Numbered from the stretch's first letter, positions 25,992 through 39,850 are shown. The stretch: DNA of 52,921 nt from Welwitschia mirabilis (GCA_051453625.1 JBOZIK010000001.1:23274546-23327466); one strand, 5' to 3'. Numbers and translations are program-made. Notes: a model not told the origin generated them from the sequence alone.

Positions 25992-28345
25992 TGATAAGTC
26001 TGTTTTTATATAACTCTAAATAAAAAAGAATAGAAAATATTATACTATTTTGATTAGAAACTAAATTATTAAACCCTTATTAACATGTAAAAATTGACAT
26101 GACAATTAACTTAAATGATTAATTAATCTTAATGGAAGCTATTATCATCACCTATTTCATTATAAAAATATGTCTTTTATTGATTCTCACGTTAATTATG
26201 AACTTATGATGTGCCTTAATTAATCATTAAATATCCTAAAATGCTGACTCTGCCAACTAGGGATACTAGTGCCGCTATCCTATGTACATAAACTACCTTC
26301 AAACTCATGTGCTAAGCTTATCATGGATAATTAAATCAAATGTGATTATGGGCTCAATCAAATTTCACATCAAAAATAAATTGCATTATGGATGGCATGT
26401 GGTGATAATAATTTAAACTTATATAGTGATATTTGATAAGGCTAAGTAGGATTTTAGTGAAGACGTATGACAAAGACAATGGTTGATAATAACTACAACA
26501 CTTTAGAGTAAAGTATTAACATCATAATAAGCATCTTTACCGAATGGAAAAACAAAACAAACTATCCTATTTAAATGTTATAATATTGTAATTATCCACC
26601 TAACCCTATAAGGCAAGAGCTTGTAACCACCTCTTTCCCTTATCTCTTTCTATAAAAAAGCCTTAAACCATTCATTATATCATCTTTGATTTTGGAGAAT
26701 TGTGGAACCTTGAAGCATTAAATTATGATGGCTTTTTGAGCAACTCTTTGGGGGATTGAGGTAATCTTTGAGGATTACTGAGGATTTCTTCCTACATCTT
26801 TTTTTATGAGTAACATTATAATTTAAATGCTTAGGTAACTACTTATCAAACTTTTTTTTAATGCTAAGTTTAAGTATTTTAACTTTATAAATCTTAAGTA
26901 CTTAGATCCTTACTTTCTATCATTGTTTAAGGCTTTGACAATCAAGTTGTAATTGAGTTTGCTATTACTCATATGGTGAATGAGATAATGTTAGCATAAT
27001 TTGGGCAAAAAGTATTTAATGGTTTAATTATATTACAAGAAGGTTATTAAGCAACATCAGATTGAAGAATTGCTTGGAACAAATTAGTGAAGTCTTGAAT
27101 TTAGCTTACTTCCCTCCTATCTTAAGTTTAAGTTTTAAAATACTCTAAAAAATATTCCCTTTTTTCTTTAATTTTCTTAAAATTTGTAACTTTCATTAAC
27201 CTTTAGTTGATGTAATTTTAAATCACTACCCATGTTATCCTTGAGAAAGAACAATAGCTAAGTATAAACTCAGCTTTAAATCTAGTTCAATGTAAATAGT
27301 AAATAGATTTTAGGGGAGTAAGTTAGTATTCGAGAATCACTAAGGATTTTTTCTTGCATCTTTTTTTCTTTGTTATAAAGTTTTTTGTTTTCACAATATA
27401 AAAGTTATTAATTTTTGCTTTTAATTCATAAGTAACATTATAATTGAATTCTTAGGTAACTACTTTAACCCCTAAACTTATATTGCATTTTGATGAAGAT
27501 CTTTTAGTACTTGATTTAAGTCTTTTAATATTATAGAGATTAAGTACTTATATCCTTACTTTCTATTAGTGTTTAAGGCTTTGACAATTAAGTGGTAATT
27601 AATTTTACCATTTACTCATATGATTAATGAGATAATGTCATCATGATTTGAACCAAAAACATTTGATGGTTTAAGTATATTAAAGAAAGGCAATTAAACA
27701 AGATCAGAGTAAATGATTTCTTGGAACAAACTATAAAGCCTTGAAGTTAGCTTACTTTTTTCCTCTCTCAAGTCAAAGTTTTAACAGAACTCTAAAAAAA
27801 TTATGCCTTTTCTCTTTGCTTTCCTTAAAATTTATAACTTGAATTAATCTCAAGGAATAATTATAACTAAGTATAAACTTAGACTTAAATTTGGTTCACT
27901 ATAAATAATGAATAAATTTTAGCATTGTTATCTAGGATAAGGCATGGTAGTAGCTTAGAGGAGTATTGCTTTACTTTTTACAAGTTTTTATACATAGTTT
28001 TTATTTTTCTAGTGGTGGGTACTCATCCTCCTTCTAGTGATACGCAAACTAGTCCTTTTCCTTTTTATTTTATGTGTTTAGCTAGTTTTCCTTCTAGTGA
28101 TTAATACNNNNNNNNNNNNNNNNNNNNNNNNNNNNNNNNNNNNNNNNNNNNNNNNNNNNNNNNNNNNNNNNNNNNNNNNNNNNNNNNNNNNNNNNNNNNN
28201 NNNNNNNTTTAGAAGAACTCTAAAAAAATTATGCCTTTTCTATTTATTTTCCTCAAAATTTATAACTTGAATTAATCTCAAGGAAGAATGATAGCTAAGT
28301 ATAAACTTAGATTTAAATGTGGTTCACTGTAAATAATGAATAAAT
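25992..28345 (+). mobile_element. 5' LTR of an Athila-like element
   Basis: Starts TGATAAG at the breakpoint of the host repeat; TATA-like ctataaaaa at about 26650; ends just before the PBS. Length is inflated by an internal duplication and a gap duplicate. Confidence 0.7.
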
Positions 28346-28347
28346 TT

Positions 28348-28365
28348 TGGCATTGTTGTCTAGGA
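28348..28365 (+). promoter_or_regulatory. Degenerate tRNA-Asp-type PBS (Athila); alternative copy at 27920-27937
   Basis: TGGCATTGTTGTCTAGGA versus Athila consensus TGGCGCCGTTGCCGGGGA; five of six differences are C>T or G>A. Confidence 0.7.
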
Positions 28366-29499
28366 TTAGGCATGGTAGTAGCTTAGAGGAGTACTGCTTT
28401 ACTTTTTACAAGTTTTTATACAGAGTTTTTATTTTTCTAGTGGTGGGTACTCATCCTCCTTCTAGTGATACCCAAACTAGTTCTTTTCCTTTTTATTTTG
28501 TGTGTTTAGCTAGTTTTCCTTCTAGTGATTAATACTGGACATTCTAGTGAAATCCAAACTAGTTTAGCTTGTTCTTAAAGTTTGCTTTTGATTTTATGCT
28601 AACTTGTTCTGTGTAGGTCTAACATTTTATTTGTAGGTTTCTTTGGAGTAAAACTTTAAAAACTTTTAATTAATTTTACATTACATTATATGCTTTCATT
28701 TTCTTATTGTATTTCTCTACGATTCAATATGTTTCTATTTTTGCAATTTTGCTAAGTGATTTGAACCTTAAAAATCTAAAAATATTTTTTTGCAATTTTT
28801 TTAATATTTAGCTTAGGTTTTTTTATCTCAGTTTTATTTATCTGTGACCCTATTATAGTAATTAAATCAGGCAAAAACTATGAATATTTATGTAAAACTT
28901 GAATTTGTTTCTTGTAACTTGACAAGCATCGTCATTCTCCCTCACTAGCATTATTGTCCTTCTGATTCAAAACATTCTAAATTTTTGATAAAGCCTTCGA
29001 TAGAAAAATCAAAATTAAACCAACTTACAGGCTCTATAGAAATCCTCTGAAACTTGCTTAAAACCTATTAAACTTGTTCTTGTATGACTTAGAACCATTA
29101 AAAAAGACTAGGAGATTAATTTCAATAATGTGGATTTCTACACTGATCATGAAAGAATGCGAGAACTTTTAGAGCCTAAAATAAAAACCAACCTTGCGAT
29201 GATTCCCAAAGGGATCAAACTTTATTCTTCCAAAATAATCAAAATAATAAACAAACCTTCACTTCTTAAAACAACTGGAATAATCATGAGCAAGACCCTC
29301 ATCACCACAATAATAGCATCATAATCCTAATAACATAATTAGTCAAGCCACATCTATCCAAAACCTAATCACCTATCTAGTGGCCTATTACCTTACCCAA
29401 GAAGTAGTTAAACAATAAGATGTTATTATTGTTTTTGCTAACACAAATCACTTAGGGAAACCCTTGGAGATTATCTTTAACCATAATGCCTAGTAACAC

Positions 29500-32400
29500 C
29501 CTCATGAATTATGATGTCACCCATTAATCAAAGGTTCAAATCTAAGCCTTTAACCATCTAACTCTTGCCTCATTTCCATGGATTAAAGTCTAATAACCCA
29601 TACCTCTATCTCAAAGAATTTGAGTGTGTCCTATCCATTATTACTTAATATCAAAACATCTATGGCATCCTTAGATTAATCTTATTTATTTTTTCTTTAA
29701 AAGTGAAGGTAAAATATTAGTTTTACACCCTAAAACCCTTTTCCATTATAGCTTAAAATAACCTTAATAAGGCATTTATCTTCAAGTTTTTTCCTAATCA
29801 TAAAACTGATGACTTAAGAAAGGAAGTATTGAACTTTTAATGAAAAAGATCATGAGACATTATCCAAATCTTAGAGGTATTTAAGGACTTGTCACAAAGA
29901 TTCCTCCAATATGGTTTTGAGAGAAGAAGAAAAATAAGATTTTCTATGATGGGTTATCTACTAATAACCTCAATCAGTGGAGGTGATGAGTAGGGATAAT
30001 TTCCCTTGCATGCCTTTAAATGAAGTTTAAAATACCTTAAGAGTATTGATGAGAGTTTAAAGAATTGGGAAAAATCTACAGTATTATCTAGATCACACCA
30101 TTTAGTTAGATTGATAAGTGTTTTTAAGGTTTTTGAAAATTTTGAAGTAAATAATAAAATCAATGAAGTAGCATAAAGAGTTGAATATTTAATCACTTCA
30201 CATTCATCTTCATCTGTGGTCATTAAGCATAATGCCTAATTTGTCATATTAATACCCATGAAACTGCCAACATCTATTTCATTCATTTGTTCCAAAACAT
30301 AGTAAATGAGCAAGCTAATGCAGTGGGTACCAGTGGCAAAAGATGAAAAACAACCCATACCATAAAACATATAGCTCTAGGTGGAAAAATCAACCTAATT
30401 TTTCTTGAAATAAGATAATAAAGTTAATCAATCAAGATAACAATTTTCATCCTCCTCCTTCCATTCATTCCAAAAACCATCTACATCCAACCCTTTTAAT
30501 GAATTTGTAAATAAATTCATGGAAAAATAATTCCAAATTAATTAAAACCATGAATCCATCCTAAACCAACATTCCTTCTTATTAAACAAACTTGAATAAA
30601 ATACCTAATCCATGTACCAAATTCTCCAATCAGTCTAATANNNNNNNNNNNNNNNNNNNNNNNNNNNNNNNNNNNNNNNNNNNNNNNNNNNNNNNNNNNN
30701 NNNNNNNNNNNNNNNNNNNNNNNNNNNNNNNNNNNNNNNNCTATCCATCATTACTTAATATCAAAACATCTGTGACGTCCTTAGATTAATCTTATTTATT
30801 TTTTCTTTAAAAGTGAAGGTAAAATATTAGTTTTAGACCCTGAAACCCTAATTCATTATAGCTTAAACTAACCTTAATAAGGAATTTATCTTCAACTTTT
30901 TCTCTAATCATAAAACTAATGACTTAAGAAAGGAAGTAATGAACTTTTAACAAAAAGATCATGAGACATTATCCCAAATCTTAGAGCTATTTAAGGACTT
31001 ATCACAAAGATTCCTCCAATATGGTTTTGAGCTAAAAAGGAAAATAAGCTTTTCTATGATGGGTTATCTACTAACAACCTCAATCAGTGGAGATGATGAG
31101 TAGGGATAATTTTCTTAGCATGCCTTTAAATGAAGTTTGAAAATACCTTAAGAGTATTGATGAGAGTTTAACGAATTGGGAAAAATCCACAGTATCATCT
31201 AGATTACATCATCTAGTTAGATTGACAAGTGTTTTTAAGGTTTTTGAAAATTTTGAAGTAAATAATAAAATTAATGAAGTAGCATAAAGAGTTAAATATT
31301 TAACCACTTCACATTCATCTTCATCCATGGTTATTAAGCATAATGCCTAATTTATCATATTAATACCCATGAAACTGCCAACTTCTATTTCATTCATTTG
31401 TTTCAAAACATAGTGAATGAACAAGCTAATGCAGGAGGCACCAGTGGCAAAATATGAAAAACAACCCATACCATAAAACATATAGCTCCAAGTGGAGGAA
31501 TCACCCTAATTTTTCTTGAAAACAAGATAATAAAGTTAATTAATCAAGATAATAATTTTCATCGTCCTCCTCCCATTCATTCCAAAAACCATCTGCATCT
31601 AACCCTTTTAATGAATTTGTAAACAAATTCATGGAAAACTAAGTTCAAATTAATCAAAACCATGAATCCATCCTAAACCAACATTCCTCCTTATTAAGCA
31701 AACTTGAATAAAATACCTAATCCATCTACCAAATTCTCCAATAAGTCTAACAAACCTAAACATAGATTCCCTTTATCTTAAACTATAGAGATCTAAGTAA
31801 ACTCCTAATAACTAATCAACCAAATCCCAAGGAATTTAGGTTTGTAAAAGAAGGTTCAAACCACTTAGAACAAACTAAAGTAATTAACCTTAGAAGTGGT
31901 ATAGAAATCAATCAATGTATATCAAAAGATGAGTAGGAACTAAAAGAAAAAGGCACAATTTCTTATCAAGAACCTTTACCTTTCCCCTAGGCTTTGAGTA
32001 AAGAAAAGGTCATTGACTTAGAGTAATATTTACCTAGATACAAAGAGTCTTTACATTTTCTCCAACATCTTAGAAAAAAGAAAATTAAGAAATAACAACT
32101 TAAGGCTATATAAATTTTCAAAGAAGTTAAGATTAACATGCCTCTCTTATAAGTGGTTAAAAACATGCCCTTCTATGTAAAATTCTTTAAAGACATGAGC
32201 ATTATGAAAAGATGCATGAATGTTAAGAGTAAATACTCTTTAGCCTAAAATACTAGTACAATCATATAGAACTAGTTTTTAGCCAACTCCAAAGATCGAG
32301 GTTGCCCCATAATAGGGATTACAATTGGAGACAAAACTATTAAGTAAGCCCTGTTAGATTTGGAAATAAGTGTTAATATTTTACCTCATTACATTTACAA

Positions 32401-32695
32401 AGAAATTATCTTAAATTATCTTAATTACACTAAAATATAATTTCAATTAGTAAAAAATTCTATGAAGTCATCCTTAGAGATAGTTGGAGATATGATAGTT
32501 TAAGTTAATAACTATTATTTGCTCATGGACTTCATAGTTTTAAAGATGCATATGATAAAATACAATTTAGTATTTATCATTCTTGAAAGATATTTTCTTG
32601 AAATGTTAATACCTTAATTAATTATAGGATTGGTAAAATAAAGATATCATTTCATAATATGATTGTGAATCTAAATATTTTAAATATGATAAAAT
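29500..32695 (+). pseudogene. Athila-like gag and aspartic protease, degenerate, interrupted by the SIRE-like insertion
   Basis: LLPHFHGLKSNNPYLYLKEF, LRLILFIFSLKVK, KFFPNHKT, IFKEVKINMPLL, YVKFFKD, KDRGCPII, ALLDLEISVNILP (about 32350), KISFHNMIVNLNI. 29630-30640 is repeated at 30741-31750 across a gap. Confidence 0.9.
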
Positions 32696-35343
32696 TGTTA
32701 GATTATATTTTGCTAACTGATGTCAAACTAATGTTTTTTATGTAGCAAATTTTTTGTATCTTATGCAAAAACTTAACCACTTGCAGGCTATATGTTGAAG
32801 CCATGAATATCAAAGTCTAATCACTAAAAAATTGTTAAGTTCACTTAACCTCTTGAGGGGTCAATTAAACTTTCAAGGGATCAACCACACCTGGAGCATA
32901 CTCTCAGAATTGAATTGAATTTAAAGGGGTGATTGGATTTCTGAGGGATCAATTAGACCTATGATCCTAAGAGCCAGTATCCCTAAACTAAATGATAAGG
33001 AGTTAATAAGACTTATAAAGGGGTCAACCAGATTTGTTAACCTAAGAACAGTATCCTTGAACTAGGTGTTAAGGGATCGACCAAACCTATGATGATGTCA
33101 ACTAGATTTATGAACCTAAGATTAGTACTCCTAAACTGATTGTCAAGGAGTCGAATAGACCTTTAAAGGGTTCAACTAGACTTAAGCAATGTATAACCAA
33201 TATCCCTGAGCCAATCATTATGGGGTCGATTGGACACCTAAAGGAGTTGACCAAACCTAATGCTAAAAATTGGAAAGAATTTTATTAGGACAAGTAGGTG
33301 ACTGGATTTTATTACGGGTGACTAGACTGGAATTGACTAGACCCAGATGGGGTTGACTAGACATGAAGATATAAGAAATTAGGGTGTCCAAAATTTTAAT
33401 TAGGTAACCTGTGTAAGTCATGGCACCAGATGAGATCAACTGGACTTTTGAGGAGTCGACCAGACAAAATAGAACTAAAATTTTTTAGTCATTATGTATT
33501 CATCATGTAGCCATTGGATAGTTATTTTGTAGCCATTTATAGCTTTTGGAAGTGCCTTTCAAATGTAAGAAACCCTAAAATCCTTATAATATAAATATCC
33601 AAGAGATAGATGATTAGAAAATCCTTTGGAACCATTTTCAATTATGTTAATCTATTGAATCTAAGGAACAAGCATTATAATTTTGTAATATTCATTGTTG
33701 TATCTTGGCATTTGTACTTCTGACCAAGGAAGATCTACCATTTGTATCATCTCTACATTCAAAGTCAGATCTTATGCTTCANNNNNNNNNNNNNNNNNNN
33801 NNNNNNNNNNNNNNNNNNNNNNNNNNNNNNNNNNNNNNNNNNNNNNNNNNNNNNNNNNNNNNNNNNNNNNNNNNNNNNNNNGTATCCCTAAACTGAATGA
33901 TAAGGAGTTAATGAAACTTATGAAGGGGTCAACCAGATTTGTCGACCTAAGAACAATATCCCTGAACTAGGTGTTAAGGAGTTAACCAGACCTATGATGA
34001 TGTCGATTAGATTTGTAAACATGAGATTAGTACTCCTGAACTAATTGTCGAGGAGTCGAATAGACCTTTAAAGGATTCGATCAAACTTAAGCACTATATA
34101 GCCAATATCCCTGAGCCAATCATTATGGAGTTGATTGGACACCTAAAGGGGTCGAGTAGACCTAATGTAGAAAATTAGAATCAACTTTTATTAGGACTAG
34201 CAAGTGACCGGATAAAATTGTGGATGAACGAATGGGATTTGATTAGATCCTGAGGGGTTGATTAAACATGGAGTCATAAGAAACTGGGATGAATAAAAAG
34301 TTCACTTGGATAACTTGTGTAAGTCACAGTNNNNNNNNNNNNNNNNNNNNNNNNNNNNNNNNNNNNNNNNNNGAATGGAAATATAATTTTTTATCTATTA
34401 TGTATCCATTAACATCTATTTTCTAGTTATTTATAGCCATCAAAAGCACATTAACAATTGTAATAAACCCTAAAAGCCCTTGAATATAAATAGCTAAGAA
34501 AGAGATGATTAAAAGGAATTTTTCAATATTGATCAAAGGACTACATATTATGATATTTACTGTAGCATCTTGGCATTGTACTCTTGGCTAAGGATGATTT
34601 ATTATTTATTGTCTTTGTACATTCAAGGTCAGATCTAGTGCTTCATTTTTTGTATTATCTATAGAAGAATAACTCCATCAAAATAATTGTACCAAAGAAT
34701 GAGTGATATCTGTGCATCTTGGTATTACTTCATTACTATCTTACATTGTGAAAGGTTGAGACTTAGCCTACAAAAATCTGTTATAAGATTGAGACTTAAC
34801 CTGCAAAAGTTTGTTAAAATATTAAGACATAGCCTACAAAATTCTGTTGAAAAGGTTAAGACTTAGCCTATGAAAGTCCATGGAAAAGGTTGAGACTTAG
34901 CCTGCAAAAGTCTATTTGTAAATATTATAGGTGAAGCTATAATACCTAGAAGAGTAACAAAGATTTGGATTAAGCTTGATGATAAACTAATNNNNNNNNN
35001 NNNNNNNNNNNNNNNNNNNNNNNNNNNNNNNNNNNNNNNNNNNNNNNNNNNNNNNNNNNNNNNNNNNNNNNNNNNNNNNNNNNNNNNNNNNATCAAGCTT
35101 GGTAATAAACTAATCATTGAGAGTAGAGTAGGCGATTTCCCAAACCACTAAAAAATCTTGTGTGCATATACTTGATATTTTATGCTTTCTATTAGTTTTA
35201 TTACTTTAAATACTTTTAGTTTTTCTTTGTATGCATGAATTAATTAGTAAGTTACTTTTAGCAAGCTTTTGATATATCATGAGTTTATTTAGTTAATTTT
35301 TAAAGAACCTATTCATCCCCCCCCAGGATTCTCAATCCTATCA
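32696..35343 (+). repeat. 5' LTR of the SIRE-like element
   Basis: TGTTAGATTAT...ATTCATCCCCCCCCAGGATTCTCAATCCTATCA; contains a TATAAATA box and the C-rich U5 signal typical of Sirevirus LTRs. About 0.9 kb is redundant gap duplication. Confidence 0.88.
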
Positions 35344-35345
35344 AT

Positions 35346-35357
35346 TAGTATTAGAGC
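35346..35357 (+). promoter_or_regulatory. Primer-binding site, tRNA-iMet type
   Basis: TAGTATTAGAGC versus TGGTATCAGAGC, 2 nt after the LTR CA. Confidence 0.85.
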
Positions 35358-35409
35358 TAAATTAAATCCTTCTTTAGATTTTAACCAATATAAATTTTAA
35401 AACCATATA

Positions 35410-38400
35410 ATGTGTAATCCCTCTGATGGTTTTTTCACTGGTCATCCATCCATGTTTGATGGGTTAAACTATGCATACTAAAAAGTTAGAATGAGAATTT
35501 TTTTTAGATTCCTAAACACAGATATAGAAGAAGTTATCTATAAGGGTTATTCTGTGCCTATGTTATCAAAACCTAATGCCAACAGTAATACCGCTTTAGT
35601 TCCCAAATCCTGAGACCAATGGACTACTACTGACAAAGCTAAAGCCATCACAGATGCCTATGCTCCTAACTTGATATTTTGTATAGTCTGTATAGATGAG
35701 TTTAAACCTATAGTAAATTGTAATCATGCTAAAGAGGCTTGGGATATCCTTAAGGTAGAACATAAAAGGACTTCAATCGTAAAACAAGCTAAGCTGTAAA
35801 TGCTCATTTTTAGTTTTGAATACATCCACATAGATGAGGAAGAGACTTTACAAGAGTTCTTTATAANNNNNNNNNNNNNNNNNNNNNNNNNNNNNNNNNN
35901 NNNNNNNNNNNNNNNNNNNNNNNNNNNNNNNNNNNNNNNNNNNNNNNNNNNNNNNNNNNNNNNNNNAGTTGTTTTACTAGTCATCCATCCATGTTTAATG
36001 GGTTAAACTATGCATACTGAAAAGCTAGAATGAGAATTTTTCTTAGATTCCTAAACATAGATATAGAAGAAGTTATCTATAAGGGTTATTCTATGCCTAT
36101 GTTATCAAAAAATGATGCCAATGGTAATACCACTTTAGTTCCTAAATCCTGAGACCAATGGACTACTACTAACAAAGCTAAAGCCATCACAGATGCCCAT
36201 GCTCCTAATGTGATATTTTGTACAATCTGTGTAAATGAGTTTAAACCTATAGTAAATTGTAATCATGCTAAAGAGGCTTGGAATATCCTTAAGATAGAAC
36301 ATAAAAGGACTTTAATCGTAAAACAAGCTAAGCTTTAAATGCTCATTTTTAGATTTGAATACATCCATATAGATGAGGAGAAGACTTTACAAGAGTTCTT
36401 TATAAGACTCATAGATATTGTAAACTCTATGGTAAATCTTGGAGAATGGTTGGATGAAGGAAAAGTGGTTAGAAAAGTATTGATATCTCTACCAAAGAGA
36501 TTTAAACCAAAGATCACAACCATCGAGGAAAGTAAGAACATAAATGCAATGGCACTAGAAGAGCTACAAGGTAATTTACAAATCTATGAACTTAAATTTG
36601 CTAAAGATAAGAAGAAAAATATTACCTTGAAATGTGTGTAGGAAGAACACAGGTTTAAAAAGTTAGATGAAGGCTTAGATGATGATGAAGAAACTTCAAT
36701 TATAAAATAAATTAAGCTTCAAATTCTCATTTTTAGATTTGAAGACACCACATAGATGAGGAGGAGACTTTACAAGAGTTTTTTACAAGACTCACAAACA
36801 TTGTAAACTCTATGATAAGTCTTAGAGAACGATTAGATGAAGAAAAGATGGTTAGAAAGGTACTAAGATATTTACCAAAGAGATTTAAACCAAAAGTCAC
36901 AACCATCAAGGAAAGTAAGAACATAAATGTAATGGCACTAGAAGAGATACAAGTTAATTTACAAACCTATGAACTTAAATTCGCTAAAGANNNNNNNNNN
37001 NNNNNNNNNNNNNNNNNNNNNNNNNNNNNNNNNNNNNNNNNNNNNNNNNNNNNNNNNNNNNNNNNNNNNNNNNNNNNNNNNNNNNNNNNNTGAAGGAAAA
37101 GTGGTTAGAAAAGTATTGAGATCCCTACCAAAGAGATTTAAACCAAAGGTCACAACAATCGCGGAAAGTAAGAACATAAATGCAATGGCACTAGAAGAGC
37201 TACAAGGTAATTTACAAATCTATAAACTTAAATTTGCTAAAGATAAGAAGAAAAATATTTCCTTAAAATGTGTGCAGGAAGAACACAGATTTAAAAAGGT
37301 AGATGAAGGCTTAGATGATGATGATGAAACTTCAATTATAAAATAAGCTAAGCTTCAAATGCTCATTTCTAGATTTGAAGACATCCACATAGATAAGGAG
37401 GATACTTTACAAGAGTTTTTTTACAAGACTCGCAGACATTATAAACTTTATGATAAGTCTTGGAGAATGATTGGATGAAGAAAAGATGGTTAGAAAGGTA
37501 CTGATATCTTTATCAAAGAGATTTAAACCAAAGGTCACAACCATCGAGGAAAGTAAGAACATAAATGTAATGGAACTAGAAGAGATACAAGGTAATTTAC
37601 AAACCTATGAACTTAAATTCGCTAAAGATGAGATGAAATGTATTGCCTTAAAATGTGTGTAAGAAGAATACAAGTTTAAAAATTTAGATGAAGGCTTGGA
37701 TGATGATGAAGTGGCTCTCCTAGCTTGAAGATTTAGAAAGTTTTTACCTAGAATAAAAAATAAAGGTAAGTCAAGTAAAAGATTAAAAAGAAGTTATCTA
37801 AAATATAAGAAGGATCAATATAAAAGTAAAAAAATCCAATGCTACTCTTGTAAAGGATTTATTCATATGGCAAATGAGTGCTTCAATATTAAAAAAAAAG
37901 GAAATCAAATAATTCTTCTTTTGTTGCAACATGGGATAATGAAGATGAGGATAATAACAGTAGTTTAGGTCAAAAGTTAGGTAGATACAGAAGATTATCT
38001 TTTATGGCAATTGTACCATCACCTCAAAATGTACCTAGTACATTAAAGCTAGATTACTTAGACATAATTGATGAAGAATAAGATGAGCTAAAGGATACGT
38101 GTCATGAATTATATGAATAATGTGAAAACCTAGCAAAAAAAAAAATTATTTGAATAAAGTAGTAAAGTCCCTCACTAAAAAGAAGAAGGAAATAAAAACA
38201 AAGTATAATTTTCTCAAATCTGATAACTCTGATTTCTTATCTCAAGTAAAGAATCTATATTTATTTGTTAATAAATTCTCTGGTGGTACTTCTAAGTTAG
38301 AACAAATTCTTGAAGTTCAAAAACCTACTAAAGATAAATTAGGTATTAGCTTCATTTTTGAAAATCCATAAGAACAGATAAATAGGTAAGGTAAGTTTGC

Positions 38401-39850
38401 TTCTAGAGTTTCTTGTAATTTTTATGGAAAAATTAAACATTTAATGTTATTNNNNNNNNNNNNNNNNNNNNNNNNNNNNNNNNNNNNNNNNNNNNNNNNN
38501 NNNNNNNNNNNNNNNNNNNNNNNNNNNNNNNNNNNNNNNNNNNNNNNNNNNCATCTAAAATATAAGAAGGATCAAGATAAAAGTAAAAAAATCCAATGCT
38601 ACTCTTGCACAGGATTTATTCATATGGAAAATGAGTGCTCTAATATGAAAAAAAATATAGGAGATCAAAGAATTCTTCTTTTTTTGCAACATGGAATAAT
38701 GAAGATGAGGATGATAACAGTAGTTCAGGTCAAAAGTTAGGTAGATACAAAAGATTATCTTTTATGGCAATTGTGCCATCACCTCGAAATGTACCTAGTA
38801 CATTAAAGCTAGCTTACTTAGACATAATTGATGAAGAACAAGATGAGCTAAAGGATACAAGTCGTGAACTATATGAATAATGTGAAAGCTAGAAAAACAA
38901 ATAAACTATTTGAATAAAGTAGTAAAGTTCCTCACTAAAGAGAAAAAGGAAATAAAAATAAAGTATAATTTGTTCAAATCTGACAACTCCAATCTCTTAT
39001 CTCAGGTAAAGAATCTATATTTCTTTGTTAATAAATTCTTTGGTGGTTCTTCTAAGTTAGAACAGATGCTTGGAGTTAACAAAAACCTACTAAAGATAAA
39101 TTAGGTATTGGCTTCATTTTTGAAAATCCACAAGAATAGATAAATAGGTAATGTAAGTTTGCTTCTATAGTTTCTTGTAATTTTTGTGAAAAAATTGAAC
39201 ATTCAATGTTATTTTGCAATATTAAAAAATTAATCTTATTTTAAGATTTAATGAATTCTTTGCCATTTAAATTTTTTTCTAAAAGAATTATATCACATAA
39301 GTCTAATAAGACTATGTGGGTAAGACCTAACAATCTAAGAAGTCTTTTAACACAGACAACTCTCAAAGGATTAAGTGCAAGCAGCTAGTACTTAGACAGT
39401 GGATGCTTAAGATACATAATGAAAGAAAGATCAAATTTTTAACACATAAGAAGTATTGATGGAGAAGATGTTACTTTTAAAAATAATCAAAAGGAAAAAA
39501 TAGAAGATATGCATTGAAAGAGGTAAGTTACCTAAACTTAATGATGTGTTATATATAAATAGCTTAAGGCATAACTTGTTAAGTATTAGTCAATTATGTG
39601 ACAAAGTCACAAAATAGTTTTTAAAAAATTGGAGTGTAAAATTATGCATAAGAAATTAAACATTGTTATTCTTACAACAAATCAAGTAAATAATTTTTAT
39701 AAAATAGATGCTCATGTAAATTTGTACAATGATCAGTTAAAGCATGTGAACTATAACATTAAAAATAGAAACATTGACTTAAATTTTATTAGATCTAAAT
39801 ATTTCCTAGAAAACACTGAGGTGAAACCCCCTTTCTACAACATTATTATT
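35410..39850 (+). pseudogene. SIRE-like gag and protease, fused to a short RNase H C-terminal-like remnant
   Basis: HPSMFDGLNYAY*KVRMRIF; KVVRKVLRSLPKRFKPKVTTIAESK..LEELQGNLQ (copia gag UBN2-like); zinc knuckle IQCYSCTGFIHMENEC; protease YLDSGC (about 39390) and LRHNLLSISQLCDK; then NRNIDLNFI..EVKP. Confidence 0.9.

Noticed and set aside
32855..34915. CRISPR-like reading of the spaced palindromes and the 33-bp array
   Set aside because: The units are degenerate, the intervening sequences are related to each other, the arrays recur in both LTRs, the context is eukaryotic and there are no cas genes.
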